Positions 63,661 through 64,000 of a DNA stretch of 64,000 nucleotides are shown piece after piece (the stretch's first letter is position 1; each line of letters starts with the position of its first letter). A program made the position numbers and the translations under genes. Source of the stretch: Marsupella aquatica (Eukaryota > Plantae > Marchantiophyta); contig OZ316894.1 in assembly GCA_973895155.1 (NCBI GenBank), forward strand, positions 16,298,699-16,362,698, in the 5' to 3' direction. The notes beneath the pieces were generated by a model. It was given only the letters and a program-made list of their open reading frames with translations. It ran no database searches and was not told the origin of the DNA.

Positions 63661-64000
63661 GCCAGTATTTAATGTTTGATGAATAAGGTAGGTCAACTTG
63701 ATCGCATTATGCTTCACGGGAACTGAATATGGATAAACAACCATTGCACTTTGCGATCTGTTTGTTTATGTAGGTAGGGATAGAAGTTTTGATCTACTAG
63801 GTCCAATCTAACTCTATTCTAATAACACTTGTAGTATACGCTGGCTGATGATCTTGGTTTCCATGCAAAAACTGATTCCATTCAAGTGCTCCTTCACTTT
63901 ATGAAGACAAGGCTCTAACACTCCAGATTGACCTCAATTAGCAAGAGGACCCGGTTGCTGAAGTACTAATTTGGAAAATCGTTTAGATATGTGTTTCAGC

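Overview
Eukaryotic, intron-containing plant DNA. A nuclear murA with a transit peptide (plastid peptidoglycan pathway) and a TTLL polyglutamylase remnant point to a seed-free plant (bryophyte, lycophyte or fern). The left half is dominated by transposons. It holds a complete 16.2-kb CACTA/En-Spm element (11136-27358; 18-bp TIRs, CCA TSD) inserted into one arm of an older inverted repeat, part of a second diverged copy of the same family (1-~6300), and a complete but decayed PIF/Harbinger element (29804-33918, TAA TSD). The right half has a REL-type LINE remnant, the host genes CCT2 (minus), murA and a MaoC-type dehydratase (plus), a gag-less Ty1/Copia element with TA...CA LTRs (58338-62650, ACTTT TSD) and a TTLL pseudogene fragment. 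Main highlight: besides TnpD/TnpA-like genes, the CACTA carries a co-oriented cassette of intact ORFs, several with a splice acceptor just before the ATG. These are a stand-alone EDM2-type composite PHD histone reader (intact in both copies), a tandem-BRCT protein, an F-box-like protein and a small Cys/His-rich protein. Together they are a candidate transposon-encoded chromatin-reading / anti-silencing system. All family assignments are from motif recognition, not database searches.
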